From the NCBI GenBank assembly GCA_943355025.1, contig CALRDW010000002.1, positions 7,252-71,251 of the forward strand: a stretch of DNA of 64,000 nucleotides. Direction: 5' to 3'. This DNA comes from Candidatus Magasanikiibacteriota bacterium. GTDB lineage: Bacteria; Patescibacteriota; Patescibacteriia; Magasanikbacterales; 2-02-FULL-50-9b. The notes under the pieces were generated by a model. The model ran no database searches. It was not told where the DNA came from and saw nothing but the letters and a program-made list of their open reading frames with translations. Below are positions 48,336-58,380 of this stretch, one piece after another (position 1 is the first letter of the stretch; every line of letters starts with the position of its first letter). Made by a program: the position numbers and the translations under genes.

Positions 48336-49028
48336 ATGGGTCATAAAGTACATCCAAAAATCTACCGAATGGGCGAACTCTGGACATGGGATTCGCAGTG
48401 GTTTCGTTCAAAGAACAAATTCGCGGAAGCTCTTGAAATTGATGTAGCAATCCGTAAGTTTCTCCGAAAGGAACTTAAAGGTGCTGCGCTTGACGCAATT
48501 AAAGTTGAAATGAGCCCACGCGACGTAACGATCACCCTTCTTTCAGGTAAGCCGGGTATGATCATTGGTCGTGGTGGCGCAGGTATCGAAGACATGCGCA
48601 AGAAAATCCAAAAGAAGTTTTTTGCAGCAAAAAAGAATTTTCAGGTCCGCCTCAACGTACAGGAACTTGCTAACGCAAGTCTTTCTTCAACCGTTGTAGC
48701 AGAACAGATGGCACTTGATCTCGAAAAGCGCATGCCGTTTCGCCGCGTACTTAAGGGTACAATCGAACGTGCACAGCGGGCAGGTGCGCTTGGTATCAAA
48801 GTCGCAGTGTCTGGCCGACTCAATGGCGCAGAAATTGCACGTCGCGAGTGGTTGACGTGGGGCAAGGTGCCTCTCCAGACGATTCGTGCTGATATCGACT
48901 TCGCATATGGCGAAGCGCACACGATTTACGGTGCAATCGGTATCAAGGTCTGGATTTATAAGGGCGAACGCTTTGGCCGCAAGGATCGGTTTACGGACGA
49001 TGCCAAAGAAAAAACATTTAGCAAATAA
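48336..49028 (+). CDS. rpsC: 30S ribosomal protein S3
   Basis: MGHKVHPKIYRMG... KH domain ... GAEIARREW. Confidence 0.95.
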   Translation: MGHKVHPKIYRMGELWTWDSQWFRSKNKFAEALEIDVAIRKFLRKELKGAALDAIKVEMSPRDVTITLLSGKPGMIIGRGGAGIEDMRKKIQKKFFAAKKNFQVRLNVQELANASLSSTVVAEQMALDLEKRMPFRRVLKGTIERAQRAGALGIKVAVSGRLNGAEIARREWLTWGKVPLQTIRADIDFAYGEAHTIYGAIGIKVWIYKGERFGRKDRFTDDAKEKTFSK

Positions 49029-49039
49029 TCAGGATTAGT

Positions 49040-49456
49040 ATGTTGATTCCACGAAAGGTCAAACATCGCAAGTGGCACAAAGGGCGCCGTCGCAACACTG
49101 GTGTTGCAACCAGTAAAGTAACCGTAGCATTCGGTACTTTTGGCATGCGTGCAACCACCTATGCGTGGGTTACATCGCGTCAGATTGAGTCAGTACGTAA
49201 AGTTTTGACTCGTTACGTTAAGAAAGGTGGCAAGATTTGGATCCGCATCTTTCCAGACAAACCGATTACCCAAAAGGGCGCAGAAACCCCTATGGGTAAG
49301 GGTAAAGGTGCTGTTGATCACTATGTGTGTATCATCAAGCCAGGAACAGTGATGTTTGAAATGGATGGTATTACGGAAACCGCAGCAAAAGAAGCTTTCA
49401 ACTTCGCTACATACAAGCTTCCGCTTAAGACGCAGTTTGTCAAACGTCACGTATAA
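49040..49456 (+). CDS. rplP: 50S ribosomal protein L16
   Basis: [16 protein letters not shown]... and the [13 protein letters not shown].. block. Confidence 0.95.
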   Translation: MLIPRKVKHRKWHKGRRRNTGVATSKVTVAFGTFGMRATTYAWVTSRQIESVRKVLTRYVKKGGKIWIRIFPDKPITQKGAETPMGKGKGAVDHYVCIIKPGTVMFEMDGITETAAKEAFNFATYKLPLKTQFVKRHV

Positions 49457-49460
49457 TCCT

Positions 49461-49661
49461 ATGAAAACCACTGAGCTTCAGGATAAAACAGTTGAAGAAC
49501 TCGAATCGCTGGCAGCAGAGACTGCTGAGCAGCATCGGGCAATCAAAACCGCACTTCGTTCGAGCACGTACAAGCGCTCGCATGAGCTCGGGGGTCTTGC
49601 AAAAAAACGTGCACAGATCTTGACGATTCTTGCAAACAAGCGTACAATAACGCATTCGTAA
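49461..49661 (+). CDS. rpmC: 50S ribosomal protein L29
   Basis: MKTTELQDKTVEELESL.... Start set to ATG 49461; the track ORF 49356 overlaps rplP. Confidence 0.85.
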   Translation: MKTTELQDKTVEELESLAAETAEQHRAIKTALRSSTYKRSHELGGLAKKRAQILTILANKRTITHS

Positions 49662-49662
49662 T

Positions 49663-49905
49663 ATGGAACAGACTAAAGTACACAAACGCCAACTGACCGG
49701 GACAGTCGTCTCGAACGCAATGAATAAAACCATTGTTGTTAAGGTTGACCGCGTTAAGACTCATCCAAAGTACGGCAAGCAGTTTGTACAGTCAAAAAAA
49801 TACCATGTTCACGATGAGAAAGAGTCTCATAAGGTCGGTGAAGTGGTAACGTTTGTTGAGTGCCGTCCACTTTCTAAAACAAAGTGCTGGCGCGTTCTCG
49901 CTTAA
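49663..49905 (+). CDS. rpsQ: 30S ribosomal protein S17
   Basis: LTGTVVSNAMNKTIVVKVDRVKTHPKYGK. Confidence 0.93.
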   Translation: MEQTKVHKRQLTGTVVSNAMNKTIVVKVDRVKTHPKYGKQFVQSKKYHVHDEKESHKVGEVVTFVECRPLSKTKCWRVLA

Positions 49906-49914
49906 CTTTCCTAT

Positions 49915-50286
49915 ATGGTACAGCATCGTTCAATGCTAAAGGTTGCAGATAACTCAGGGGCTAAAAAGTTCTATGTTATTCGCGTACTCGGCGGCTACAA
50001 AAAACACTACGCAACTATCGGCGACCTCGTCGTGTGCAGTGTGAAAGAAGCGGAACCGCACGGGCAGGTTAAGAAAGGTGACGTGGTAACCTGCGTTATC
50101 GTTCGCCAGTGCAAAGAAACACGCCGTACTGATGGAACGTATATTCGTTTTGACGAGAATGCAGCGGTGATTATCGATAAGAAAACAAAAGAACCGAAAG
50201 GCACACGTATCTTTGGTCCAGTTGCACGTGAACTTCGTAACCTTGGTTACCAAAAGATCGTGTCGTTAGCCCCTGAAGTACTCTAA
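49915..50286 (+). CDS. rplN: 50S ribosomal protein L14
   Basis: [18 protein letters not shown]...GD.V....K. Confidence 0.95.
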   Translation: MVQHRSMLKVADNSGAKKFYVIRVLGGYKKHYATIGDLVVCSVKEAEPHGQVKKGDVVTCVIVRQCKETRRTDGTYIRFDENAAVIIDKKTKEPKGTRIFGPVARELRNLGYQKIVSLAPEVL

Positions 50287-50287
50287 T

Positions 50288-50602
50288 ATGGCAAACTATA
50301 AGATTAAAACCGGAGACACTGTGAAAGTCATGGCCGGCAAAGATAAGGGCAAGATCGGTAAAGTACTTCAGATTTTTAGTGAAACCAACCGCATTGTGGT
50401 TGAGGGCGCGAACATCATGAAAAAGCACGTAAAGGCAAAAGGTTCTGATCAGAAGGGTCAGATTATCCAGCTCTCAGCGCCGATGCACGTATCAAACGTG
50501 ATGATCGTTGATCCATCAAACAGCAAACCGACACGCGTCCGCTACGAAACGCGAGACGGCAAAAAAGTTCGTGTCGCTAAGAAATCAGGAACTGTCATCT
50601 AA
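50288..50602 (+). CDS. rplX: 50S ribosomal protein L24
   Basis: KIKTGDTVKVMAGKDKGKIGKVLQ (KOW motif). Confidence 0.93.
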   Translation: MANYKIKTGDTVKVMAGKDKGKIGKVLQIFSETNRIVVEGANIMKKHVKAKGSDQKGQIIQLSAPMHVSNVMIVDPSNSKPTRVRYETRDGKKVRVAKKSGTVI

Positions 50603-50603
50603 T

Positions 50604-51152
50604 ATGAAGGGACTTCAAGAAATCTATCGCACAGACATCGCTCCAAAGCTCGGTAAAGAGCTGAAGATCGATAATATCATGGCCATTCCAAAAGTGGTCA
50701 AGGTTGTTGTCTCTGTTGGTGTCGGTAAAATCGGCAAGGACAGTAAAATGATTGAGGCTGTTGAGAACACACTTACGCGTATTACTGGTCAAAAGCCGGC
50801 ATCAACGCGTTCGCGTGTCTCAATCTCGAACTTCAAACTTCGTGAAGGTCAAGTTGTTGGCTACAAAGTTACGCTTCGTGGCGCAAAGATGTGGGACTTT
50901 CTTCAGAAATTAACCACAATTACTTTCGCACGTGTGCGTGATTTCCGCGGCATTTCAGTCAAGCATATTGATAACAACGGTAATTTGTCGATTGGTTTCA
51001 AGGAACAGCTTTCGTTCCCTGAGATTCGTAACGACGAACTCGACAATGTGCACGGCCTCGAAGTAACGATTCATTCAACAGCGGGAACTCGTCAGAACGG
51101 TGAGGCGCTTTATCGCGCGCTCGGATTCCCATTTAAAGAAGGTGTAAAATAA
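50604..51152 (+). CDS. rplE: 50S ribosomal protein L5
   Basis: From ATG 50604: [13 protein letters not shown]...[15 protein letters not shown]. The track ORF 50508 overlaps rplX. Confidence 0.93.
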   Translation: MKGLQEIYRTDIAPKLGKELKIDNIMAIPKVVKVVVSVGVGKIGKDSKMIEAVENTLTRITGQKPASTRSRVSISNFKLREGQVVGYKVTLRGAKMWDFLQKLTTITFARVRDFRGISVKHIDNNGNLSIGFKEQLSFPEIRNDELDNVHGLEVTIHSTAGTRQNGEALYRALGFPFKEGVK

Positions 51153-51157
51153 ACGCT

Positions 51158-51343
51158 ATGGCAACTGAGGCAATGATCGCAAAAGCAAAGATGAAGCCAA
51201 AGTTCTCGAGTCGTAAAGTGAACCGCTGCTTTCGCTGCGGCCGCAAACACGGCTACATTAGAATGTTTAATTTGTGCCGTATTTGTTTCCGTGAACTCGC
51301 GAACCGCGGCGAGATCCCGGGTGTTCGCAAATCAAGCTGGTAA
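51158..51343 (+). CDS. rpsZ: 30S ribosomal protein S14, zinc-binding type Z
   Basis: 61 aa. C..CGR..G..R.F.LCR.CFRE.A. Four Cys. Confidence 0.93.
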   Translation: MATEAMIAKAKMKPKFSSRKVNRCFRCGRKHGYIRMFNLCRICFRELANRGEIPGVRKSSW

Positions 51344-51348
51344 ACGCT

Positions 51349-51744
51349 ATGCATACAGATCCAATCGCAGACATGCTCACACGAATCCGTAATGGATACA
51401 TGGCCCGTAAACACGAGGTTTCCATGCCATTCTCCAAAGCGAAATTCGCAATTGCCGGAATCCTTTCCGAGGAAGGTTTTATATCCTCACTTGAAAAGGT
51501 TGAAGGCAAGAACGGATTCCCAGAACTTAAAATTCGCTTAAAATATGCAGGCGGCCGACCGGCTGTAACAAATGTAAAGCGTGTTTCATCCCCAGGTCTT
51601 CGTGTATATAAAAAGCACGACGAACTCAGACCCGTACAAAGCGGTTATGGTATCGCAATCATCTCAACACCACAGGGTGTGATGACCAACAAAAAAGCAC
51701 GAAAGCTTGGTGTTGGTGGCGAACTCGTTTGTACAGTTTGGTAA
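51349..51744 (+). CDS. rpsH: 30S ribosomal protein S8
   Basis: DPIADMLTRIRNG. Confidence 0.95.
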   Translation: MHTDPIADMLTRIRNGYMARKHEVSMPFSKAKFAIAGILSEEGFISSLEKVEGKNGFPELKIRLKYAGGRPAVTNVKRVSSPGLRVYKKHDELRPVQSGYGIAIISTPQGVMTNKKARKLGVGGELVCTVW

Positions 51745-51755
51745 TATTAGCCCAT

Positions 51756-52301
51756 ATGTCACGTATCGGTAAAAAAACAATTCAAATTCCAAGCGACGTT
51801 GATGTAAAAATCAATGGTCAGCACGTTGCGGTTAAGGGCCCGAAAGGCGCACTTTCGCTCGATCTTCATCCGCATGTAACTGCAACAAAAACTGATGCAG
51901 GCATCATGGTTACGGTTGCAGATGAAACCGTAAAGAAGGACCGTTCACTCTGGGGTTTGTCAGCAACTTTGATCAATAATATGATCATTGGCGTGACGAA
52001 GGGCTATGCAAAGAAGCTCGAGCTCGTGGGTGTTGGATATCGCGTTTCTATGCAGGGACCAGACCTCAAAATTGAGGTTGGTTACTCACATCCAGTTATC
52101 TTTCCACTTCCTGCAGGAATTGCAGCGCTTGCGGATAAGACATTTATCACAATTTCAGGTATTGATAAGCAAGCAGTTGGCGAGGTTTCGGCGCAGATTC
52201 GTCGGCTTCGTCCGCCAGAGCCTTATAAAGGTAAGGGTATTAAGTATGAGGGCGAACAGATTCGTCGCAAGGCTGGTAAGGCAGCTAAATCTGCGAAGTA
52301 A
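51756..52301 (+). CDS. rplF: 50S ribosomal protein L6
   Basis: MSRIGKKTIQIP..V.V.I....V.VKGPKG from ATG 51756. Confidence 0.93.
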   Translation: MSRIGKKTIQIPSDVDVKINGQHVAVKGPKGALSLDLHPHVTATKTDAGIMVTVADETVKKDRSLWGLSATLINNMIIGVTKGYAKKLELVGVGYRVSMQGPDLKIEVGYSHPVIFPLPAGIAALADKTFITISGIDKQAVGEVSAQIRRLRPPEPYKGKGIKYEGEQIRRKAGKAAKSAK

Positions 52302-52307
52302 ACCACT

Positions 52308-52676
52308 ATGAAACAGACAGCATCCTACAAACGAGAACGTCGCGTGCGCCGCCACACAAAAATTCGCGCGCGTATAACTGGCACAGAAGAGCGTCCGCGC
52401 TTATCCGTGTATCGTTCGCTTTCTCAAATTAGCGCTCAAATTATCGATGATGCAACCGGTAAAACACTGGTTTCCGTTGCAACAGCAGATTTGAAGGGCG
52501 ACGCTGGAGAGCGTAAGGGCAAAGTTGCTCAGAGTTTTCTCGGTGGCAAACAGATTGCAGAGCTTGCAAAAGCTAAAAAAATTAGCGCGGTCGTTTTTGA
52601 CCGAGGCGGTTTTCGTTTCCATGGCCGTGTTCGTGCCTTTGCTGAAGGTGCGCGCGAAGGTGGTCTTGTATTTTAA
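52308..52676 (+). CDS. rplR: 50S ribosomal protein L18
   Basis: RRHTKIRARITGTEERPRLSVYRS..QI.AQIID. Confidence 0.93.
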   Translation: MKQTASYKRERRVRRHTKIRARITGTEERPRLSVYRSLSQISAQIIDDATGKTLVSVATADLKGDAGERKGKVAQSFLGGKQIAELAKAKKISAVVFDRGGFRFHGRVRAFAEGAREGGLVF

Positions 52677-52681
52677 TTCGT

Positions 52682-53389
52682 ATGCCGGAAGATAAGCAGT
52701 TAGAAAACCAAGCAGAAGGTACAGAAACGAGCGTTACCGCTTCGCCTGAAGATGCAGCTCCAGCAGCACAGGTTGAAATTATGGTACGCGGATCTTTGCC
52801 AGAAGAAGGAAAGGGTGGAACTGGTGGGCAACAGCGCGGTGGCCGAGGTGGAGGCGGACGCGGTGGTGCTGGTGGTGCGGGGGGTAGAGGCGGACGTCGC
52901 GATGATCGTGGTGGCCGTGATCGAGAGCCAAGCGAATTTAATCAGGTAACACTTGACCTTGCGCGCGTTACGCGTGTGACAAAGGGTGGTAAGCGTATGC
53001 GTTTCCGCGCAACAGTTGTTGTTGGTGACGGCAAAGGACGTGTTGGTTTTGGAACAAGTAAGGGCGTTGATGTACAAGCATCAGTCATGAAAGCGACGAA
53101 CCAGGCAAAAAAACATCTGATCACCGTTCCGATGGTTGATGAAACCATTCCACACACCGTTCGTTTTAAATCTGGTGCTGCTGACGTGCTTATCATGCCA
53201 GCTCCACGAGGTTCTGGTATTATCGCAGGTGGCCCAGTACGCGTTGTATTGCAGCTCGCCGGTGTTCCGAATGCCTCATCCAAAATTTTGGGTGCAAATA
53301 ATAAAATCAATAATGTTCGTGCTGCGGTTTCTGCGCTTGCACAGCTCAAGCCTGTCCGAGTACGCACACCAAAGCCAATCGCTGAATAA
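52682..53389 (+). CDS. rpsE: 30S ribosomal protein S5 with ~75-aa N-terminal RGG/Gly-Arg-rich extension
   Basis: S5 dsRBD plus C-terminal domain from ~residue 76 (VTLDLARVTRVTKGGKRMRFRA...GSGIIAGGPVR). N-terminus: GGTGGQQRGGRGGGGRGGAGGAGGRGGRRDDRGGRDRE. Confidence 0.9.
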   Translation: MPEDKQLENQAEGTETSVTASPEDAAPAAQVEIMVRGSLPEEGKGGTGGQQRGGRGGGGRGGAGGAGGRGGRRDDRGGRDREPSEFNQVTLDLARVTRVTKGGKRMRFRATVVVGDGKGRVGFGTSKGVDVQASVMKATNQAKKHLITVPMVDETIPHTVRFKSGAADVLIMPAPRGSGIIAGGPVRVVLQLAGVPNASSKILGANNKINNVRAAVSALAQLKPVRVRTPKPIAE

Positions 53390-53394
53390 TTCCT

Positions 53395-53838
53395 ATGTTA
53401 CAAGCGCATACAATCAAAGCTAATCACGGTGCACGCAAGAAAGCGGGAGTCGTTGGTCGTGGCGCAAGTTCGGGTTGGGGTACAACAGCGGGCCGCGGTA
53501 CAAAGGGTCAAAAGGCACGTTCTGGTGGTAGCCATCGTTTGACATTTAAGGGCAGTAAAGCTCTTATTCAGAGCATGCCAAAGCTGCGTGGTTTCAAGTC
53601 AATGCATAAAAAGCCAGTGACAATCACACTTGTACAATTGCAGAAGAATTTTGAGGATGGTACAATCGTGACACACGAGGGCTTGATAAAGGCAGGACTC
53701 GTTGTAAACGCAAAGCGCGCTGCTAAAATTATTGGCAACACGAAGGTTGAAAAGAAATTTACAGTTAAGGATTTGCCAGTGTCAGCGGGTGCGCAAAAAG
53801 CGATCGAGGCAGCTGGTGGCAGTATCGACAACAAATAA
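53395..53838 (+). CDS. rplO: 50S ribosomal protein L15 (no L30 gene between rpsE and rplO)
   Basis: L..L....GARKK..RVGRG.GSG.GKT.GRG.KGQK.R.G. Confidence 0.93.
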   Translation: MLQAHTIKANHGARKKAGVVGRGASSGWGTTAGRGTKGQKARSGGSHRLTFKGSKALIQSMPKLRGFKSMHKKPVTITLVQLQKNFEDGTIVTHEGLIKAGLVVNAKRAAKIIGNTKVEKKFTVKDLPVSAGAQKAIEAAGGSIDNK

Positions 53839-53847
53839 TCTTCTCGT

Positions 53848-55122
53848 ATGTGGGAACGCTTAAAGCAAGTCTGGAGCATCCATGATCTCCGGAAGAGCCT
53901 GTTATTTATCGTTTTTGTTTTGGTCCTTGACCGCGTTGCGGCGCATATTCCAATTCCTGGAATTAATGCAGAGGCGCTCCGTGCGTTCGTAGGTCAAAAT
54001 CAAATCGTTGGTCTGCTTAACGTATTTTCGGGTGGCACACTCCAGAGTTTTTCAGTTATTATGATGGGTGTTGGTCCGTATATTACGGCATCCATTATTT
54101 TTCAGTTGCTCGGCATGATTGTTCCTTCAATTGAAGAGCTTCAAAAAGAAGGGGAGCAGGGGCAGCAGCGCATTAATCAGTGGACACGTCTTGCTACTGT
54201 GCCACTCGCGCTTCTTCAATCATTTGGCATGATCAATTTGCTCCGTCAATCGCAAGCAAATATTTTCATAAATCTAACGCCGTTCAAACTCATTACGATC
54301 ATGGTCACGGTAACTGCCGGTACCATGTTTTTGGTGTGGCTTGGTGAACTTATTTCAGAAAGGCATGTAGGAAATGGTATCTCGATCCTCATCTTTGCCG
54401 GTATTATTAGCGCGCTTCCAACGGCAATCGAACGAATGATTGCAACGTTTGATCAGTCACAGCTTGTTAATCTGATCGCGTTTGTCGGACTCGCAATCGT
54501 GACCATTATCGGTGTTGTGTTTATTTCCCAAGGCCAGCGCATTATTCCGATTCAGTATGCACGACAAATGCGTGGCAGTCGTATGTATGGTGGTGTTTCA
54601 ACACATCTTCCAATCCGCGTAAATATGGCCGGCGTTATCCCAATCATTTTTGCGATTTCTCTCGTTTTGTTTCCGCCTCTTATTGCTCAATTCTTCATCA
54701 AGGCGCATACAGCCTGGGTTGCGAGTGCAGCGCAACATGTGATTACGTTTTTTAGCGATCGGCTGATCTACGGGATTCTATATTTTTGTTTGGTGTTTGG
54801 TTTTACATTCTTCTATACATCAATTGTGTTTCAGCCGGAAAAAGTTGCTGAAAATCTTCAGAAGCAAGGTGGTTTTGTTCCGGGTATTCGTCCTGGAACA
54901 GCAACCGCTGAGTATCTTTCGCGTGTAACAAACCGTGTCATGCTCGCAGGTGCGTTGTTTCTTGCAATTATCGCTGTACTTCCACTCATCGTTCAAGAGT
55001 TCATGGGTACCCGAACTCTTCTTATCGGCGGCACAAGTCTTCTCATCGTTGTATCCGTTGTTATTGAAACAATGAATAAAATCGAGTCGCAAATCACTAT
55101 GCGCGAATACGATAAGTTGTAA
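53848..55122 (+). CDS. secY: preprotein translocase subunit SecY
   Basis: 10 TM helices, LRKSLLFI... and the GISIL.F.GI plug/TM motifs. 424 aa. Confidence 0.95.
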   Translation: MWERLKQVWSIHDLRKSLLFIVFVLVLDRVAAHIPIPGINAEALRAFVGQNQIVGLLNVFSGGTLQSFSVIMMGVGPYITASIIFQLLGMIVPSIEELQKEGEQGQQRINQWTRLATVPLALLQSFGMINLLRQSQANIFINLTPFKLITIMVTVTAGTMFLVWLGELISERHVGNGISILIFAGIISALPTAIERMIATFDQSQLVNLIAFVGLAIVTIIGVVFISQGQRIIPIQYARQMRGSRMYGGVSTHLPIRVNMAGVIPIIFAISLVLFPPLIAQFFIKAHTAWVASAAQHVITFFSDRLIYGILYFCLVFGFTFFYTSIVFQPEKVAENLQKQGGFVPGIRPGTATAEYLSRVTNRVMLAGALFLAIIAVLPLIVQEFMGTRTLLIGGTSLLIVVSVVIETMNKIESQITMREYDKL

Positions 55123-55128
55123 TTTTTT

Positions 55129-55767
55129 ATGCCAGACATCGGGGAGCATCGCCTGATTTTAATTGGACCACAAGGTTCAGGCAAAGGTACACAAGGTGAA
55201 CTTTTGCAGGTGTATTTGCAAATACCGACGATTTCAACAGGTCAGCTCTGCCGCGCTGAAATTGAAAAGGGAACAGACATTGGAAAAAGTATTGAAGGAT
55301 TTGTGCATGATGGGGCATTGGTGCCTGATGCGATTGTCATTGCGCTTTTGAAGGAACGTATTCGTGAGTACGATGCTCAAGAAGGTTTTATTATTGATGG
55401 ATTTCCGCGCACAGTTGAACAGGCTCGTGATGCTGAGGGATGGCTCCATCCAACAAAAGTTATCGTGATTGAAATTAGTAAGAAACTCGCGATTGATCGC
55501 ATGTCCGCGCGTCGTGCATGCAGTCAGTGTCGATATAAAACAACTGCCAGTAATGTTGGACTGCATGGAAGTCAGTGTCCGCGCTGTCCCGGCAAACTTA
55601 TCCAGCGCGATGATGATCGTCCAGAAGCGATTCAAAAACGACTCGACATGTACAGCGCTGTGACCGAGCCCGTTGTCGAATATTACAAACAGACAGGCCT
55701 TGCGGAACGTTTCAACGGATCTCTTTCGATTCCGCTTGTGTTCATGGAAATCGCGCACGTGCTATAA
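55129..55767 (+). CDS. adk: adenylate kinase (zinc-lid type)
   Basis: ILIGPQGSGKGTQ P-loop. Lid CSQC...CPRC zinc knuckle. Confidence 0.93.
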   Translation: MPDIGEHRLILIGPQGSGKGTQGELLQVYLQIPTISTGQLCRAEIEKGTDIGKSIEGFVHDGALVPDAIVIALLKERIREYDAQEGFIIDGFPRTVEQARDAEGWLHPTKVIVIEISKKLAIDRMSARRACSQCRYKTTASNVGLHGSQCPRCPGKLIQRDDDRPEAIQKRLDMYSAVTEPVVEYYKQTGLAERFNGSLSIPLVFMEIAHVL

Positions 55768-55775
55768 TTAATTAC

Positions 55776-56588
55776 ATGCGCAAAACATTTATAAAAACTC
55801 CTGAGGCTTTGGTTGCAATCCGCGAAGGCGGAAAAATTCTTGGTGAAATTTTAGAGCGCGTTGCGGCACTCGTACGTGTCGGCGCAACAACTCTGGAACT
55901 TGATCAAGCTGCCGAAAAATTTATTCGTGAATGTGGTGGCCGCCCAGCTTTTTTAGCATATCAAATTTCACCGCGCTATCCCGCTTACCCTGCATCGCTG
56001 TGTGTTTCAGTGAACGACGAGGTTGTCCACGGAATTCCAAAAGAATCCGTGGTTCTTCGCGATGGGGATATCGTTGGTCTTGATATTGGTATGGAATGGC
56101 CTTACAAAAAAGGTGGTGTTGCGGGTTTTTATACGGACACAGCATTAACGGTTGGTGTGGGAGAGGTTTCATCATCAAATAAAGCGCTTATGACACGGAC
56201 GCATGACTCCCTTTTCACTGGGATTGCTGCAGCGCGCGCGGGTAGCGAAATTCGCGATATAAGTCGTGCTGTTGAAAATGCGCTTCGTCCATTTGGTTAT
56301 GGAATTGTTCGGGATCTTGTTGGACACGGTGTTGGATACGCAGTTCACGAAGATCCGCAGGTTCCAAATTTTTTCGATCGAAATTCTCCGCGCGTTCCTC
56401 TTGAAGCAGGAATGGTTCTTGCGCTTGAACCAATGGTAAATCTTGGGCACGCCGATGTTTATACGGAGCGCGATGGCTGGACAATCAAAACGGAAGATGG
56501 TTCGCGGTCGGCACATTTTGAACACACAATAATTATTACCGAGCAGGGTGCAGAAATAGTTACGCTGCGTCCACAGGAATTATCGTAG
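55776..56588 (+). CDS. map: type I methionine aminopeptidase
   Basis: Pita-bread metal ligands in the contexts D..G.D.G, HGVGY..HE, E.. 270 aa. Confidence 0.93.
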   Translation: MRKTFIKTPEALVAIREGGKILGEILERVAALVRVGATTLELDQAAEKFIRECGGRPAFLAYQISPRYPAYPASLCVSVNDEVVHGIPKESVVLRDGDIVGLDIGMEWPYKKGGVAGFYTDTALTVGVGEVSSSNKALMTRTHDSLFTGIAAARAGSEIRDISRAVENALRPFGYGIVRDLVGHGVGYAVHEDPQVPNFFDRNSPRVPLEAGMVLALEPMVNLGHADVYTERDGWTIKTEDGSRSAHFEHTIIITEQGAEIVTLRPQELS

Positions 56589-56593
56589 TTTTT

Positions 56594-56998
56594 ATGCCTA
56601 TTTTAGGTTTTGATTTTGGATCTAAGCGTATCGGAGTTGCAATTGTACCAGACGACATGAATTTTGCGCTCCCTCTTTTAACGATTGATGGCACAGTCGA
56701 AGAACAATGGCGCAAAATTGATGAGTTAATAAAAAAACAATCACCACGCTCAATCGTTGTTGGCTTACCATACACGATGTCAGGTGCCGAAGGAGAGCAG
56801 GCGGATGCAGCACGGGCTTTTTCAAATCAATTGTTTGAGCGATATAATATCCCTGTTAATTTGGTTGATGAACGATTATCATCGGTCGAAGCAGCACGTG
56901 CCGGCGCGGTCGATATTGATGCGTCGTCAGCTGCAATTATTTTAGATACGTTTATTACAAAAAATGTTAAGCCCGGCGACGATCTGTTCGATTTATAA
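56594..56998 (+). CDS. ruvX: Holliday-junction resolvase-like putative pre-16S rRNA nuclease YqgF/RuvX
   Basis: ILGFDFGSKRIGVAI N-terminus (RNase H-like fold). 134 aa. Confidence 0.8.
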   Translation: MPILGFDFGSKRIGVAIVPDDMNFALPLLTIDGTVEEQWRKIDELIKKQSPRSIVVGLPYTMSGAEGEQADAARAFSNQLFERYNIPVNLVDERLSSVEAARAGAVDIDASSAAIILDTFITKNVKPGDDLFDL

Positions 56999-57010
56999 TC
57001 GTGTACTGGT

Positions 57011-57652
57011 GTGCCTCAAACAATAACAGATCGGGCAATTGTTTTATATCGTGAGCAGTGGCGCGAATCCGACAAGCGCGTTATTTTTTATACGGAGCAT
57101 CATGGAAAACGGAGCGCTGTTGCTATTGGCGCAGCTAAAATTCGAAGCAAACTCGCGGGCCATTTAGAACCGTTGCGTTCAACGCGTGTAATGATAGCGT
57201 CTGGAAAACAGACCGATAAAATTGCGCAAGCACTCACGATCGAATCGTTTGTTCCGGATCCGTTTGATGCTCAGCGGATAGTATATCTTGGAGCTGTAAC
57301 TCGATTTATTTCGCGCGCAGTCGAATCAAATGCACCGGACGAAGAATTGTTTGGTCTTTTGTATAGTGCACTCGTGGATATTTCAGGCGCTTCTTTTTCA
57401 GAGCCTGGTGCCGTTGATGGTATTTTTGGTGCGCATCTGTTTGCGCTCGCAACACATGTTGGATATGCGCCAGAGTTTATGCAGTGCGTTGTTTGTAGCC
57501 GCGGGGAAGAATTGATAAAATTTTCTCCTAGTCAAGGTGGCGTTGTTTGTCGAACATGCGTTGTTCCGGGCGTAAGCATGGTTTATGAACCAGCGCCGGA
57601 GAAGGCGCACACATTTGTATTTGAACATTTGCGCTGGAGGGGGCTTATTTAA
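57011..57652 (+). CDS. recO: DNA repair protein RecO
   Basis: N-terminal OB-fold block AIVLYREQWRESDKRVIFYTEHHGK. C-terminal Cys4 zinc finger CVVCS....VCRTC. 213 aa. Confidence 0.7.
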   Translation: MPQTITDRAIVLYREQWRESDKRVIFYTEHHGKRSAVAIGAAKIRSKLAGHLEPLRSTRVMIASGKQTDKIAQALTIESFVPDPFDAQRIVYLGAVTRFISRAVESNAPDEELFGLLYSALVDISGASFSEPGAVDGIFGAHLFALATHVGYAPEFMQCVVCSRGEELIKFSPSQGGVVCRTCVVPGVSMVYEPAPEKAHTFVFEHLRWRGLI

Positions 57653-57667
57653 TTTACGCTTTGAGAT

Positions 57668-58270
57668 TTACTTTCCCTTCGGAGTTCCAAGCAATTTCAT
57701 TTTTGTAAAATGAGAAACAATGTGGCTGAGAAGCAATACAACTATGATGCCACCGAGCAAAAATAGTTCAACGTAGTGCAATGATTTTCCCACGAATTGA
57801 AGTGATTGCCACGAAGCATATGAGGCGAGCGTGATTACAGAAATCCAAACCGCAGAAGTGATGAGATTGATTTTTAAAAGTTTTCGAAAGGGAATATGGA
57901 TCATGCCCGAGCGAATAAGAACAGCGCGATGAAATCCATACGTAAATTTAGAAATCATATATACCGCAAGCGACAAGCTATGGAGCCGATCATCCATGGG
58001 TGATGTTAAGCCTCCATAAAATTTCGCGAGGCGCGGAAAAAATTTGTGACCATGTTTTCCAATTTGATATGAAATAAAATCTGTCGCAACAACACTACCT
58101 ATAATTACTGGAATTGAAATGTATGCTGAAAGCACCCCCTGAAAAACGAGGAACATCACGCCGTATATAACCGCCTCACCTTCGAAAAAAATAGCGACTG
58201 CGATTAGTGGGTAGATTGCCGGCCCGAACGTTGCAACATATTCGAGCAATTGTGCGTGTCGGTAGACCAT
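57668..58270 (-). CDS. DedA/SNARE-associated family membrane protein
   Basis: 200 aa, 4-5 TM helices, AIFFEGEAVIYG near the N-terminus. Confidence 0.5.
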   Translation of the reverse strand: MVYRHAQLLEYVATFGPAIYPLIAVAIFFEGEAVIYGVMFLVFQGVLSAYISIPVIIGSVVATDFISYQIGKHGHKFFPRLAKFYGGLTSPMDDRLHSLSLAVYMISKFTYGFHRAVLIRSGMIHIPFRKLLKINLITSAVWISVITLASYASWQSLQFVGKSLHYVELFLLGGIIVVLLLSHIVSHFTKMKLLGTPKGK

Positions 58271-58380
58271 AAGTATGATTCGTTCTAGTATAGCGCATAT
58301 TTGTTAGGGCGTGAAGACCATGTTTGTTGTCAACTGAGCGGTTATCCGCTATACTGGGGCTACCTATTAATTTCTATAGT

